64,000 nt of DNA from Squalus acanthias (Eukaryota): positions 139,192,001 through 139,256,000 of the forward strand of contig CM059431.1 of the NCBI GenBank assembly GCA_030390025.1, in the 5' to 3' direction. Made by a program: the position numbers and the translations under genes. Positions 1 to 11,264 of the stretch are shown here, piece after piece. Below the pieces are notes generated by a model. It ran no database searches and had not been told where the DNA came from. It worked only from the letters and a program-made list of their open reading frames with translations. Within the stretch, counting starts at the first letter, position 1. Each line of letters opens with the position of its first letter.

Positions 1-106
1 ATCATGACCAGTAGATCTGCTGTTGCCATGGCCACCATGTAGAAAAAGATACATTTGGAAAGTCCGCAGCTTCCTCTGGAGAGAATCACGATTGTCAGTA
101 GGTTCG
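1..106 (-). CDS. Class A GPCR, GPR139/GPR142-like, 5' part of exon 2 (continues off the left edge)
   Basis: Minus strand reads (A)NLLTIVILSRGSCGLSKCIFFYMVAMATADLLVM (end of TM1, TM2 with AxAD motif) after a pyrimidine-rich acceptor CTTTCTCACAG ending at 107. Confidence 0.85.
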
Positions 107-850
107 CTGTGAGAAAGAGGGACAAGAGGTCAGTAACGGGGTCATTTAGATAAATCTCACAGATTATTGTGGGGAAATGTTCGGATGTGTCCCTATTTAG
201 TGTTATGCGCATGGATTTTTTCATTAATATAGGCGATGGTGAAGACACTTTACTTAAAATAATGACATCACTGAACGTTCAATATCGAGGGACTGAAAAT
301 CCACCGTCCGTCCAGCAAACTTCAGTCAAGTATTAAATATAATTACACAGCAATTAATGGAAAGATATAATTCAAATAAAACATTCAAATGCGATTAAAG
401 AAAACATTCACATTATACTCAAACGCTGCCGAGAGGAGGGGAGCACCTTCCTGAGCGGAAATTATTTCCTAAAATACCTTTCAAAATCCCCTGTTGGGTG
501 GAAGTTTCTGCAGTCCGAATTATTATCAACTTAATTTAGACAGGGAACAACGGCACAAATTATGTGATTAATATGGGCACTGAGCTACACATTCTTAATG
601 AGCTATGTGTTGTTGGAGATGCCGGGGAAACAGCCTCGCCCTCCCTCAGTATAGGGAGGAACATTGAGCGCCCGGTGCCCGCGATCTAGCGACCAGAACA
701 GCGCCTCAGCGCGACCGACTTGGATTGCCGTTGATTTTCACCGACTGATCCCGGTGAATAAATGACTCTGCAATGTGGACATTCTGGGAATCTGTTACAT
801 TAACACTGTGATAGTCAACAGGCATTAGGCAACAGAATACATTGACTTAC

Positions 851-920
851 CGGGAATGCCAAATGCTGCGAGGATATGGTAGTAAATGTCCCGTAACTGC
901 AGAATTAGTGGCCGTACCAT
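851..920 (-). CDS. Class A GPCR, GPR139/GPR142-like, coding exon 1
   Basis: ATG at 920-918, MVRPLILQLRDIYYHILAAFGIP plus 1 nt, then GTAAG donor; the phase-1 junction joins in frame to the exon starting at 106 (744-bp intron). Confidence 0.85.
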
Positions 921-998
921 TGTTTTGAAGATTTGTGCGAATTCAGCGCAGCTTTACAATTCCGACTGGAGTGTTTCTGAGATCCGTAAATGCTCCTT

Positions 999-1050
999 CT
1001 TTATAGAACAATCGGTGCCCCGCTGAGATAATCAGATTGCACAATAATTG
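999..1050 (-). promoter_or_regulatory. Candidate core promoter of the GPCR gene (TATA-like and CCAAT boxes)
   Basis: Minus-strand TATAAAG at 1005-999, about 80 bp upstream of the ATG, and CCAAT at 1050-1046; motif evidence only. Confidence 0.4.
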
Positions 1051-1361
1051 GCGTTAGTTCCAGTAACTTAACAAACAAGGGGCGATTTTCAACCTCAGTG
1101 CGCCCGGGCCTCCACTGGGGAAATTGAGCAGTTCAGTCCATGAAACTCCGTCCATTAAAATCAATGAACGGAAAGTAATCGCCGAGGCAATGGACTCTGC
1201 GCATGTCCAGTAAACCCTGAAGGATAAAGCAAACGTTCACCCGGACACTGCAGTGATTTCTTGGAGCCTCATCTTAATTTGGCGAAATCGTCACTCATCC
1301 ATTGCATAATTAAAATGTGTTTTGTACTTTGGTGATGAATGATGTTGAATCGGCTCTTACT

Positions 1362-4060
1362 TTACTGGTGGTAACTCTACTCTAACATTACTGGTGGTGA
1401 CCCTACTCTAACATTACTGGTGCTGACTCTACTCCAGCATTACTGGTGGTGACTCTACTCTAACATTACTGGTGCTGACTCTACTCTAACTTTACTGGTG
1501 CTGACTCTACTCTAACATTACTGGTGGTGACCCTACTCTAACATTACTGGTGCTGACTCTACTCCAGCATTACTGGTGGTGACTCTACTCTAACATTACT
1601 GGTGCTGACTCTACTCTAACTTTACTGGTGCTGACTCTACTCTAACATTACTGGTGGTGACTCTACTCTAACATTACTGGTCATGTCTCTACTCCAGCAT
1701 TACTGGTGGTGACTCTACTCTAACATTACTGGTGGTGACCCTATTCTAACATTACTGGTCGTGACTCTACTCTAACATTACTGGTGGTGACTCTACTCTA
1801 ATATTACTGGAGGTGACTCTACTCTAACATTACTGGTGGTGACCCTACTCTAACATCACTGGTGCTGACTCTACTCCAGCATTACTGGTGGTGACTCTAC
1901 TCTAACATTACTGGTGGTGACTCTACTCTAACATTACTGGTCATGTCTCTACTCCAGCATTACTGGTGGTGACTCTACTCTAACATTACTGGTGGTGACT
2001 CTACTCTAACATTACTGGTCATGTCTCTACTCCAGCATTACTGGTGGTGACTCTACTCTAACATTACTGGTGGTGACCCTACTCTAACATTACTGGTCAT
2101 GTCTCTACTCCAGCATTACTGGTGGTGACTCTACTCTAACATTACTGGTGGTGACACTATTCTAACATTACTGGTGGTGGCCCTACTCTAACATTACTGC
2201 TGGTGACCCTACTGCACCATTACTGGTGGTGACTCTACTCTAATATTACTGGAGGTGACTCTACTCTAACATTACTGATGCTGACCCTACTCTAACATTA
2301 CTGGTGATGACACTACTCGAACATAACTGGTGGTGAGCCTACGCTAACATTACTGGTGGTGACTCGACTCTAAAATTAGTGGGGGTAAAAATTCACTTGG
2401 TTGCGCCACCCGTTAGCGCCTTAAGAGGGCGCTAATGGGGCGCAAAGCCGCTAACGCCCGGGCGCAGCGATGTTTGCGCCGCTCGAGAACTTAACTTGAG
2501 ATTGTGCGGCGGCGCTAAAACTTACCGCTGCGACCACCTGCGCGCGCAGATTGTGACGTCATTCCATGATGCAACGCCCTTGGGGCGCCCCGTAGCGGAA
2601 ATTGAGTGGCGTCCCCTGCCTTACCGCCTGGCGCTTCCAACGACCAGAAGACTGGAACGCTATCAATCGCTGTGGGGCTGGGGGGGGGGGGGGGGGGCGC
2701 TATTTAAAGGGGGCCTCTTCCTGTCTTTTATTGTTGGTGGCATTTTTGAACTACGCATTCTGAGAGAGAGAGGGAGAGACTTCTGGAGAGATTCAACGTT
2801 GTGTGAAGGAGTTTTGGGTACTGAGCAGCACTTTGCAGGTTCATTTTGATTTGCCATTCCTTGTATCGATTTAGCAGAGACCGTGGGAGCTGCACTCTGA
2901 GCTCTTTGCCTGGTGCTCTCCATTGTTCTTTCCAGCACATTTGATGTGCAAGTCTCTCCAGGCCGAGATTCAAGGCAGCAATGAACAGGATGTGGATGGA
3001 AAGCAAGATTAACCATCCCCTTTAAGAACTGGCCCGTGCCATTGTGTGTGTGTTCCATTGCTGACTGACATTACATGAGCTTCGCCAGCGCTCCGAGTTA
3101 GCGCCTCACTGCTCGGCCTTTGTGCCTTAAGAGAGGTGTGCAGCGCCTGCTTTAGCGCTCCACTCACCTCCCGGGGCGGTAAAAGTGAAGTTTCCCGTCA
3201 GTGCCGATAATTAGCGCCAGGCGCTAATATTTGCGTCCGGATGATATTTGCGCCCCAAATGGGGCGCGACCTAATTTCTACCCCCTGGTGTTTACCCTGC
3301 TCTAACATTACTGGTGGTGACCCTGCTCTACCATTACTGGTGGTGACCCTAATCTAACATTACTGGTGGTGGCTCCACTCTAACTTTACTGGGGGTGATT
3401 CTACACTAACATTACTGGTGGTCACTCTACTCTAAAATTACTGGTGGTGACCCTGCTCTACCATTAGTGGTGTGGACCCTACTCTAACATTACTGGTGGT
3501 GACCCTACTCTAACATTACTGGTGGTGACCCTACTCTAACATTATTGGTGGTGACACTACTCTAACATTACTGGTGGTGACCCTACTCTAACATTACTGG
3601 TGGTGACCCTACTCTAACATTATTGGTGGTGACCCTAATCTAACATTACTGTTGGTGAACCTACACTAACATCACTGGTGGTGACCCTACTCTAACATTA
3701 CCCGTGGTGACTATACTCTATCTGTTTTGTTGGTGACCCTACTCTAACATTACTGTTGGTGCCTGTACACTAACATGACTAGGGATGACACTACTCATAC
3801 ATTACTGGTGGTGACCCTACTTTAACTTCACTGTGAAAGGCCCTACTCTAACATTAATGGCTATGCCTCATTACTGCTTGTGAATCTACAATAATATTAC
3901 TGGTGCTTACTTGGCTCTAATATTACTGTAGGTGACCCTAATCTAACATTGTTCGCGGTGATCCGATTCTAATATTGTTGGTAGTGGCTCTTCCCAAATG
4001 TTACTGCTGGTAACAATACTCTAAGCTATTGGGTGGTGATTCCTCTCTACTTTTACTGCT
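1362..4060. repeat. 26-bp minisatellite (TCTAACATTACTGGTGGTGACTCTAC)n, split by a transposon at 2382-3284
   Basis: Direct 26-bp periodicity at 1362-2381 and 3285-~4060, degenerating toward the right end. Confidence 0.95.
2382..3284 (+). mobile_element. Non-autonomous PIF/Harbinger element (903 bp)
   Basis: TIRs GGGGTAAAAATT / AATTTCTACCCC; the first ~450 bp and last ~200 bp align with the ends of the element at 25793-30329; flanks GTG/CTG fit a 3-bp TSD of the minisatellite CTG with one mismatch; no transposase. Confidence 0.92.
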
Positions 4061-4069
4061 GTTGACTTT

Positions 4070-5170
4070 TTTTTTTATTTGTTCACGGGATGTTGGTGTC
4101 GCTGTCAAGGACTGTCTTTATTCCATATTTGTACAAAGCTGTAATGAGATCTGGAGCCACGTGATCGTGGCGGATCCCAAACTGAGCATCGGATAGCAGG
4201 TTATTGATCAGCAAGGGACGCTTGATAGCAATGGCGACGACACCTTCCATCACTTTGCTGATAATTGAGAGTAAGGTGATGAGGCGGTAATTGGGCCGAA
4301 TTTGATTTCTCCTGCTTTTTGTGGACAGGACATTCCGGGGTTATTTTAAACTATATCGGTAGATGCCAGTGTTGTAGTTGTACTAAAACAACTTGTCTAG
4401 AAGTGCAGCTAGATCTGGATCACAAATCTGCAGCACCACAGCCCGGAGGCTGTCGGGCCACAGACTTTGCTGTAACCAGCGCGCTCAGTCGTTTTTTGAT
4501 GTCACGTGGAGTGAATCGAATTGGCTGAAACTGACATTGTGATGGTGGCGACCTCAGGAGCAGGCCGAGATGGATCATCCACTCTGCAATACTGGCTGGA
4601 GATGGCTGCGAATGCTTCAGCTTTTTCTTTTACACTCCCATGCTTGGCTCCGTCGTCATTAAGGATGGGGATACAAATGTAGCATCCTTTCCTTGTATTT
4701 GTTTAATTATTCACCGTCATTAAAGATTGGATGTGGCAGGACTGCAGAACTTTATCTGATGCGTTAGGTGTGGGATCACTGAGCTCTGTCTACAGCAATG
4801 TGCTTCCGTTGTTTAGCATGCATGTTGTCCTGTGTTTCAGCTTCCCCAGGTTGGAAGCTCATTTTTAAGATACGCCTGGTGCTGCTCCTGGTATGTTCTT
4901 CTACACTCTTCATTGAACCAGGGTTGGACCCCTGGCTTGATAGTAACAGCAGAGTGAGTGATATGCCGCACCATGAGTTTACAGATTCAGGTGGAATACA
5001 AATCTGCTGCTGCTAATGGCCCACGTGCCTCACGGAGCCCAGCTTTGAGCTGCTGGATCTTTTCTGAATCTATCCCATTTAGCACGGGATTCCATCTCCA
5101 GAAGGACTGTGCGCTGGTCACTGCTACCATTGCTGGCATGGTCAAATGCATCTGCAACAAGTAGATGGTA
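4070..5170 (-). mobile_element. Decayed non-LTR retrotransposon pieces (second LINE family, RT region and 3' end)
   Basis: Reverse complement matches the plus-strand copy at 9283-10200 (e.g. CTCAATTATCAGCAAAGTGATGGAAGGTGTCGTCG); T-run at 4067-4080 marks the tail; internal deletions. Confidence 0.7.
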
Positions 5171-5199
5171 AGGTTGAGGTCAAGTAGTTTTTTCCCTCA

Positions 5200-5930
5200 T
5201 GATTGTTCTCTCACCACCTGCCAAAAGCTCAGTCCGGCAGCCAACGTCCAAGGCTCCTCCATCACCATCCCTGGGTATCTGCTGTCCCACCAGCAGGACA
5301 AACCTCCAAGAGGTGCCAGCACAGTTGTATACAGTCGTGAAGGTGTTGTACTGGGAGTATTCGACATTGACATCGGACCTCATGCAGTCTCTTGCCATCA
5401 CGTCAATCATGGGCAAGGAATCCGCCTGCTGATTGCCACCTACTGGCCTCCGTCAGTGATGAATCAGTACTCTTTCGTGTTGAACACCACTTGGAAGAAG
5501 CACTGAGGGTAGCAATGTCATAGCGTGTTCTCTGGAAGGCGGACTTAAATGTCCAAAACCAAAACTATCTCAGTAGCACCACTACTGATCGAGTTGGCCG
5601 ACTCCAGAAGTACATAGCTGACAGACGTAGGTTGGGGCAGTTTGTGAGAGAAATAACACGAGGGAAAACCTACTTGAACTCGTCCTCAACAATCTACCTG
5701 TCGCACAGGCATCTGTTCATGGCAGTATATTTAGGAGTGACCACCGCACAGTTCTTGTCGAGACGAAGTGCCGTCAAAACACTGTGAACAACCTCCAATG
5801 TGTTGTGTGGCACTACCACCTTGCTAAATGATTCAGAACAGATTTAGCAGCTCAAAACTTAGCTTCTACGAGGCACTGTGGGCCATCAGCAGCAACAAAA
5901 TTGTATACCACCACAATCTGTAAAGTCATG
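5200..5930 (+). mobile_element. Decayed LINE, APE endonuclease region (second LINE family)
   Basis: SITIPGYLLSHQQDKPPRGASTVVYS...LLIATYWPPS, later ADLNV and SDHR motifs typical of APE domains; stops and frameshifts. Confidence 0.75.
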
Positions 5931-6002
5931 GTGCAAGATTATCATGGATTAATTTGATTTTTGAATATTGATTTAACATCTTACAATAATAAATATCTAT
6001 AA

Positions 6003-7023
6003 TCATAGAATCATAGAATGGTTGCAGCACAGAAGGAGGCCATTCGGCCCATCGAGCCCGTCCTGGCTCTCTGCAAGCGCTCATCAGCTACTCCCTCTCG
6101 CCCGTCCTGTCATCGTAGCCCTGCAATTGTTTTCCTTCAGGTACTTACCCAATTCCATTTGGAAAGCCTCGATTGAGTCTGCCTCCACCAGCATTCCATA
6201 TCCTAACCACTCGCTGCATAAAAAAGTTATTTCTCATGTCGCTTTTGTTTCATTTGCCAATCACCTTAAATCTGTGTCTTCTGGTTCTCGACCCTTAAGC
6301 CCATGGGAACAGTTTCTCACTATCTACTCTGTCTAGACACCTCATAATTTTGAATATATCTGTCAAATCTCCTTTCAACCATCTCTGCTGAAAGGAGAAC
6401 GAACCCAGTGTTTCTAGTCTATCCACGTAACTGAAGTCCCTCGTCACTGGTTTATTCTCGGAATTATTTTCTGCAACATCTCTAAGGCCTTCACAGTCTT
6501 GCGGAAGTGCGGCGCCCAGAATTAGACAAATATTCCAGTTTATGCCGAACCAGTGTTTTATAAAGTTTCATTATAGCTTCCTTGCTATTGTACTCTATGC
6601 CTCTATTTATGAAGCCCAGGATTCCGTATGTTTCTTTAACCGCTTTCTCAAACTGCCCTTCCAGCTTCAACTATTTGAGCACATATACCCTCAGGTCTCT
6701 CTATTCATGCACCCACTTTAGAATTGTACCCTTTAGTTTATATTGCCTCTCCACGTTCTTCCTAACAAAATGTAACACTTCGCACTTTTCTGCGTTAACT
6801 TTCATCTGCCATGTGTCCATCCATTTCACCAGCCTGTCTATGTCTTCTTGAAGTCTATCACTATCCTCCTCACTATTCACTATACTTGAAAGTTTTGTGT
6901 CAGCTGCAAATTTAGAAATTGTTCCCTGTATACACAAGTCCAAGTCATTAATATATATCAAGAAAAGCAGTGGTCCTAGTCTCGATCTCTGGGCAACAAC
7001 GCTGTATAACTGCCTCCAGTCCA
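6003..7023 (-). mobile_element. CR1 LINE 3' fragment
   Basis: RT motifs LGPLLFLIYINDLD, SKFAADTKL; (TTCTATGA)n tail at 6003-6018. Confidence 0.9.
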
Positions 7024-7569
7024 ATCATCTGTCATGAGATTATAATCGTGTGTATGAATTAAATGTAGAAATTTGTTATCATCATATTTATGCAATGGTA
7101 ACCTGAATTATATATGACATGTAATCATTTTGCTTACACATAAAACTCTGTGAGTTAACTGCATCCATAAAGCCTGGGTGAGAAAAAGGATTGCTATCGC
7201 CGAATAGGGAGGCTGTAGGTGAAACGTGGACATGAGCCACAGTAAGGATGAGATATAGAGAGCAGCTAGCCGGGGAAGCAGGGTCAGGTGTAACTGCCCC
7301 TGTGTTGCAATGTTATGATGTCTGCAATGAAACTAAAACATAAGCTTTTCACACAAACAGCAAGGACGCCATATCTCTGCATTCTGGAGACATATTCCGT
7401 TGTGTTGCCATAACTACCCCAAATATGAGTCTTGATGGTCAAAAACAGATGATGTAAGTGTGTCATAAGTGTAGAACCTGCGTTAGCCAAGTTGCTGCGG
7501 ACGTGGAATCTCTGTGATTGGATTGGAGGGTTTGGGTGTAAGCCAGCGTTTGGTTCAGTAAGACTCCAT

Positions 7570-7755
7570 GGCCTAAAAATTCGTCTCAGACGGAGGGGAA
7601 AAACGGGCGGTATCGGATCGGCCGCCAGTTATACGCAGCGCCTGATATTCAGTTCTATTGCAGTCAATGGATCTGAATTTCAGGCGCTGTGTCTAACGGG
7701 TGGCCGATTCGATATCGCCCGTTATTCGTCACCGCCCGAGACGAATTTCTAGCCC
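7570..7755. mobile_element. Palindromic MITE (~186 bp) with Harbinger-like termini
   Basis: GGCCTAAAAATTCGTCTC ... GAGACGAATTTCTAGCCC; the whole element is an imperfect fold-back; second copy at 57073-57258. Confidence 0.8.
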
Positions 7756-7936
7756 TTCGAAAGGATTTGAATGAGAGTAAGGGCATAACAAGGGGATCTT
7801 ACCATCCACACATTGTAGAAAATTTCAGGAAGATTCAAGGAGACACGCGGGAGACAAAGAGAGAAGAGGGACCAGAGACAAAGGATGCTGCTTAATCACT
7901 GTTGTGCTTCTACCCAAATGATAACGGGGTAGTACG

Positions 7937-9135
7937 AACATACAAACATTCAAATTAGGTGCAGGAGTAGGCCACTCGGCCCCTCGAGCCTGCTCCGCCA
8001 TTCAATAAGATCATCGTTGATCTGATTACTCCACAATCCCGCCTACCCCAATAACCTCTCACCTCCTTGCAAATGAAGAATCTATCTACCTCTGCCTTAA
8101 AAATATTCAAAAACACTGATTCCACCGGCCTCTGAGGAACAGAGAGTTCAAAGGCTCGCGACCCTCTGTGAGAAAAAAAATCACCTCATCTCTGTCTTAA
8201 ATGGGCGATCCCTTATATTTAAACAGTGACCCCTAGTTCCAGATTCTCCCACAAGTGGAAACAACCTCTCCAAATCCACCCTGTCAAGACCCCTCAGGAT
8301 CTTATATGTTTCAATCAAGTCACCTCTTACTCTTCTAAACTCCAGCAGATACAAGCCCAGCCTCTTCAATCATTCCTCTTAACACAACCCACCCATTCCA
8401 GGTATAGTCTAGTAAACCTTCTCTGAACTGCTTCCAACGCATTTATATCCTTGTTTAAATAGGGAGACCAGTACTGTCCACAGTACTGCAGATATGGTCT
8501 CACCAATGCCCTGTATAACTGAAGCATAACCTCCCTACTTTTGTATTTAATTCCCCTCGCAATAAACTATAACATTATATTAGCTATCTAGTCACTCTCT
8601 GCACCTGCATACCTACCTTTTTGCGATTCATGCACTAGGACACCCAGATCCCTTTGCACCTCAGAGCTCTGCAATCTCTCACCATTTAGATAATATATTT
8701 CTTCTTTAATCTTCCTGCCAAAATGGACAATTCCACATTTTCCCTCATTACACTCCATTTGCTAGTTCTTTGCCCACTCACTTAATCTATTTATAAACGT
8801 TTGTAGCCTATTTATGTCCTCTTCACAATTTAATTTCCTACCTATTACCAGCAAATTTAGCGTCCATACCTTCGGTCTCATCTTCCAAGTCATTTATATA
8901 AATTGTAAAAAGTTGAGGCCCCAACACTGAGCCCTGTGGCACACCACTCGTTACATATTGTCAACCAGAACATGACGCATTTCTGCCTACTCTCTGTTTC
9001 CTGTTAACTAGCCAATCTTCTATTCATGCTAATATGTTACCCCCTACACTATGAGCTTTTATTTTCCGCAATATTGTCACCTTATCAAATGCCTTCTGGA
9101 AATCTAAGTACAGGATATCCATTGGTTCCCCTTTA
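7937..9135 (-). mobile_element. CR1 LINE 3' fragment
   Basis: LGLYLLEFRRVRGDLIETYKILRGLD C-terminal ORF2 motif, decayed RT upstream, CR1 3' hairpin near 7960-8000. Confidence 0.9.
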
Positions 9136-9282
9136 TCCCTTTATATAAGTCTCAAGTGTCCTCTGCAAACTGCTACTCCAATACTGTAATGTATAATGTC
9201 CTACTTGCTCTGCATAATGATAAATTACTGCCCCAGTACGTTTCAACGAATCATTTGGAAAAAGGATCCCTTTGGAATCTTA

Positions 9283-10200
9283 TAATGGCACGGCATAGCC
9301 ATCACTCTGCCATTACCATCAAGCCAGGGGAACATTCAAGGTTCAATGAAGAGCGTAAATGAGCATGCCAGGAGCAGCACCAGGCGTACCTGAAAATGTG
9401 GTGTCAACCTGGGAAGCTAAAACATAGGTTGCATGCATGCTAAATAGAGGTGCCTCATGCTAAAGAGTGAGCTAAGCGACCCCACAACCAATGGGTCAGA
9501 TCAAAGCTCTGCAGTCCTGCCACATCCAGTCATGAATGGTGGTGGACCATTAAACACCTAACCGGAGGGGAAGTCTCCATGAACATTTCCATTCTCAATG
9601 GTGGCAGAGCCCAGCACGTGAGTGCAAAATACAAGGCTTAAGAGTTTGCAACCATCTTCAGCCAGAAGTGCCGTGTGCATGATTCATCTCGGCCTCCTCC
9701 TGAGGTCCCCAACATTCCAAAGTCAGTTTTCAGCAACTTACATTTACTCCTCGTGATATCAAGCAACTGCTCAGCGCACTGGATAAATTAAGTCTATGGG
9801 CACCGACAACAACCCGGCTGTATTTCTGAATACTTGTGATCCAGAACTAGCCACGCCTGCAGCCAAGCTGATCCAGTAAATCTACAACACCAGCATATAC
9901 CCGACAAAGTGGAAAATTGCCCAGGTATGTCCTGTCCACAAAAAGCAGGACAAATCGAATGCGGACAATCACCGCCCGATCAGTCTACACTCAATCATCA
10001 GCAAAATGATGGAAGGTGTGGTCGACAGTGCTATCAAGCGGAACTTACACACCAATAAACTGCTCACCAATGCTCAGTTTGGAATCCGCCAGGGCCACTC
10101 GGCTCCAGACCTCATTACAGCCTTGGAACAAACATGAAATAAAGACCTGAATCTAAGAGATGAGGTGAGAGTGCATGCCCTTGTCATCAAGGTAGCGTTT
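9283..10200 (+). mobile_element. Decayed LINE RT N-terminal region (second family; probable continuation of 5200-5930)
   Basis: Encodes WKIAQVCPVHKKQDKSNADNHRPISLHSIISKMMEG, an RT domain 0-2 signature. Confidence 0.75.
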
Positions 10201-10222
10201 ATCAGCCCAGGTCTGAATGTTG

Positions 10223-10480
10223 TTCACTCTCCACCCTATTTTAAGCCATGTGACTTCTTGTGAGAGACCAAAACCCATATAGAAACCCAGGACAATTTGG
10301 GGAAAAAATTCTGGGAAATTCCTCCCCGACCCATCTAGGCGATTGAAACTACTCCAGGTGATCCCTCTGGTCCTGGATTCCCGGCAGTACCTCCCTTTTG
10401 TAAGCCGGGATCTCCACCAGACAGAAACAGGTCCAGGTCTCTCTTGAGGGATTTCAGAGAGTCGGCGTCCTCTCTTCTTT
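10223..10480 (-). mobile_element. Short LINE (CR1-like) 3' end fragment
   Basis: EDADSLKSLKRDLDLFL resembles the CR1 ORF2 C-terminus, followed by 3' UTR-like sequence. Confidence 0.55.
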
Positions 10481-10897
10481 GGGGAAAGAAATACTTCCAC
10501 AAGGATCTGGACAGGGCAAGGATCAGCTCAAATTCCAAATCTGCGACTTGCTAAAATCAAACGATGAACTTCTACCTCATCGGTTGTAAGTTAATACCAT
10601 GGGTATAAATAGCAAGATTTACACCGACTTTAAAATTAATGCGTCAGAGTAGGCGTCACAGGGAATGCCAGCAATGATTGCCCATCTATAGTTGCCCTTG
10701 AAAAGATGCTGTAAGCTGTCTTCTTGAAGCGCTGCAGTCCATATTTTGAAGGTGCTTCCTTAGTATTGTTAAGTACGCATTTCCATGATTTTTACCCGGT
10801 GAGGGAACGGTGATATATGTCCAAGTCACTATGTAGTGTTCTTGAATGGGATCCTGGACGCGATAGTGTTCCCAAGCTGTCTGCTATCCTTCTATTA

Positions 10898-11127
10898 AAA
10901 TGAGAAGTCGCACAACACTAGGTTATAGTCCAACAGATTTATTTAAAATTACAAGCTTTCGGAGCTGTCGCCCCTTCCTCAGGTAGAGTAACTGTTACTC
11001 TACCTGAGGAAGGGGCGACAGCTCCGAAAGCTTGTAATTTTAAATAAATCTGTTGGACTATAACCTGGTGTTGTGCGACTTCTCATTTTTGTCCACCCCA
11101 GTCCAACGCCGGCATCTCCACATCATG
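10898..11127. mobile_element. Penelope-like element remnant: inverted pLTR pair with 12-bp TSD
   Basis: Arms 10897-10992 and 10994-11089 are reverse complements with 1 mismatch; ATCCTTCTATTA is repeated at 10886-10897 and 11128-11139; contains a hammerhead core and AATAAA. Confidence 0.85.
11001..11036 (+). ncRNA. Minimal hammerhead ribozyme motif (mirror copy on the minus strand at 10950-10985)
   Basis: UAC-CUGAGGA-A-GGGGC(GACA)GCUCC-GAAA-GCUU-GUA: CUGANGA and GAAA boxes, stem II, palindromic AAGCUU helix III, 3-bp stem I. Confidence 0.7.
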
Positions 11128-11264
11128 ATCCTTCTATTAGGCAGTAATGATTGCGAGTTTGGGAGGTGCTGTGCAAGAAGCCTTGGCGAGTTGCTGCAGT
11201 TCTTCCTGAAGCTAGTTCACACTGCGGAGACGGTGCACCAGTGATGGAGGGTGTGGCTGTTTAA

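Noticed and set aside
2496..3058. ORFs of 92-131 aa in the non-autonomous Harbinger and at 25907-26251
   Set aside because: Non-ATG or motif-free frames over GC-rich subterminal sequence; frames diverge between the copies.
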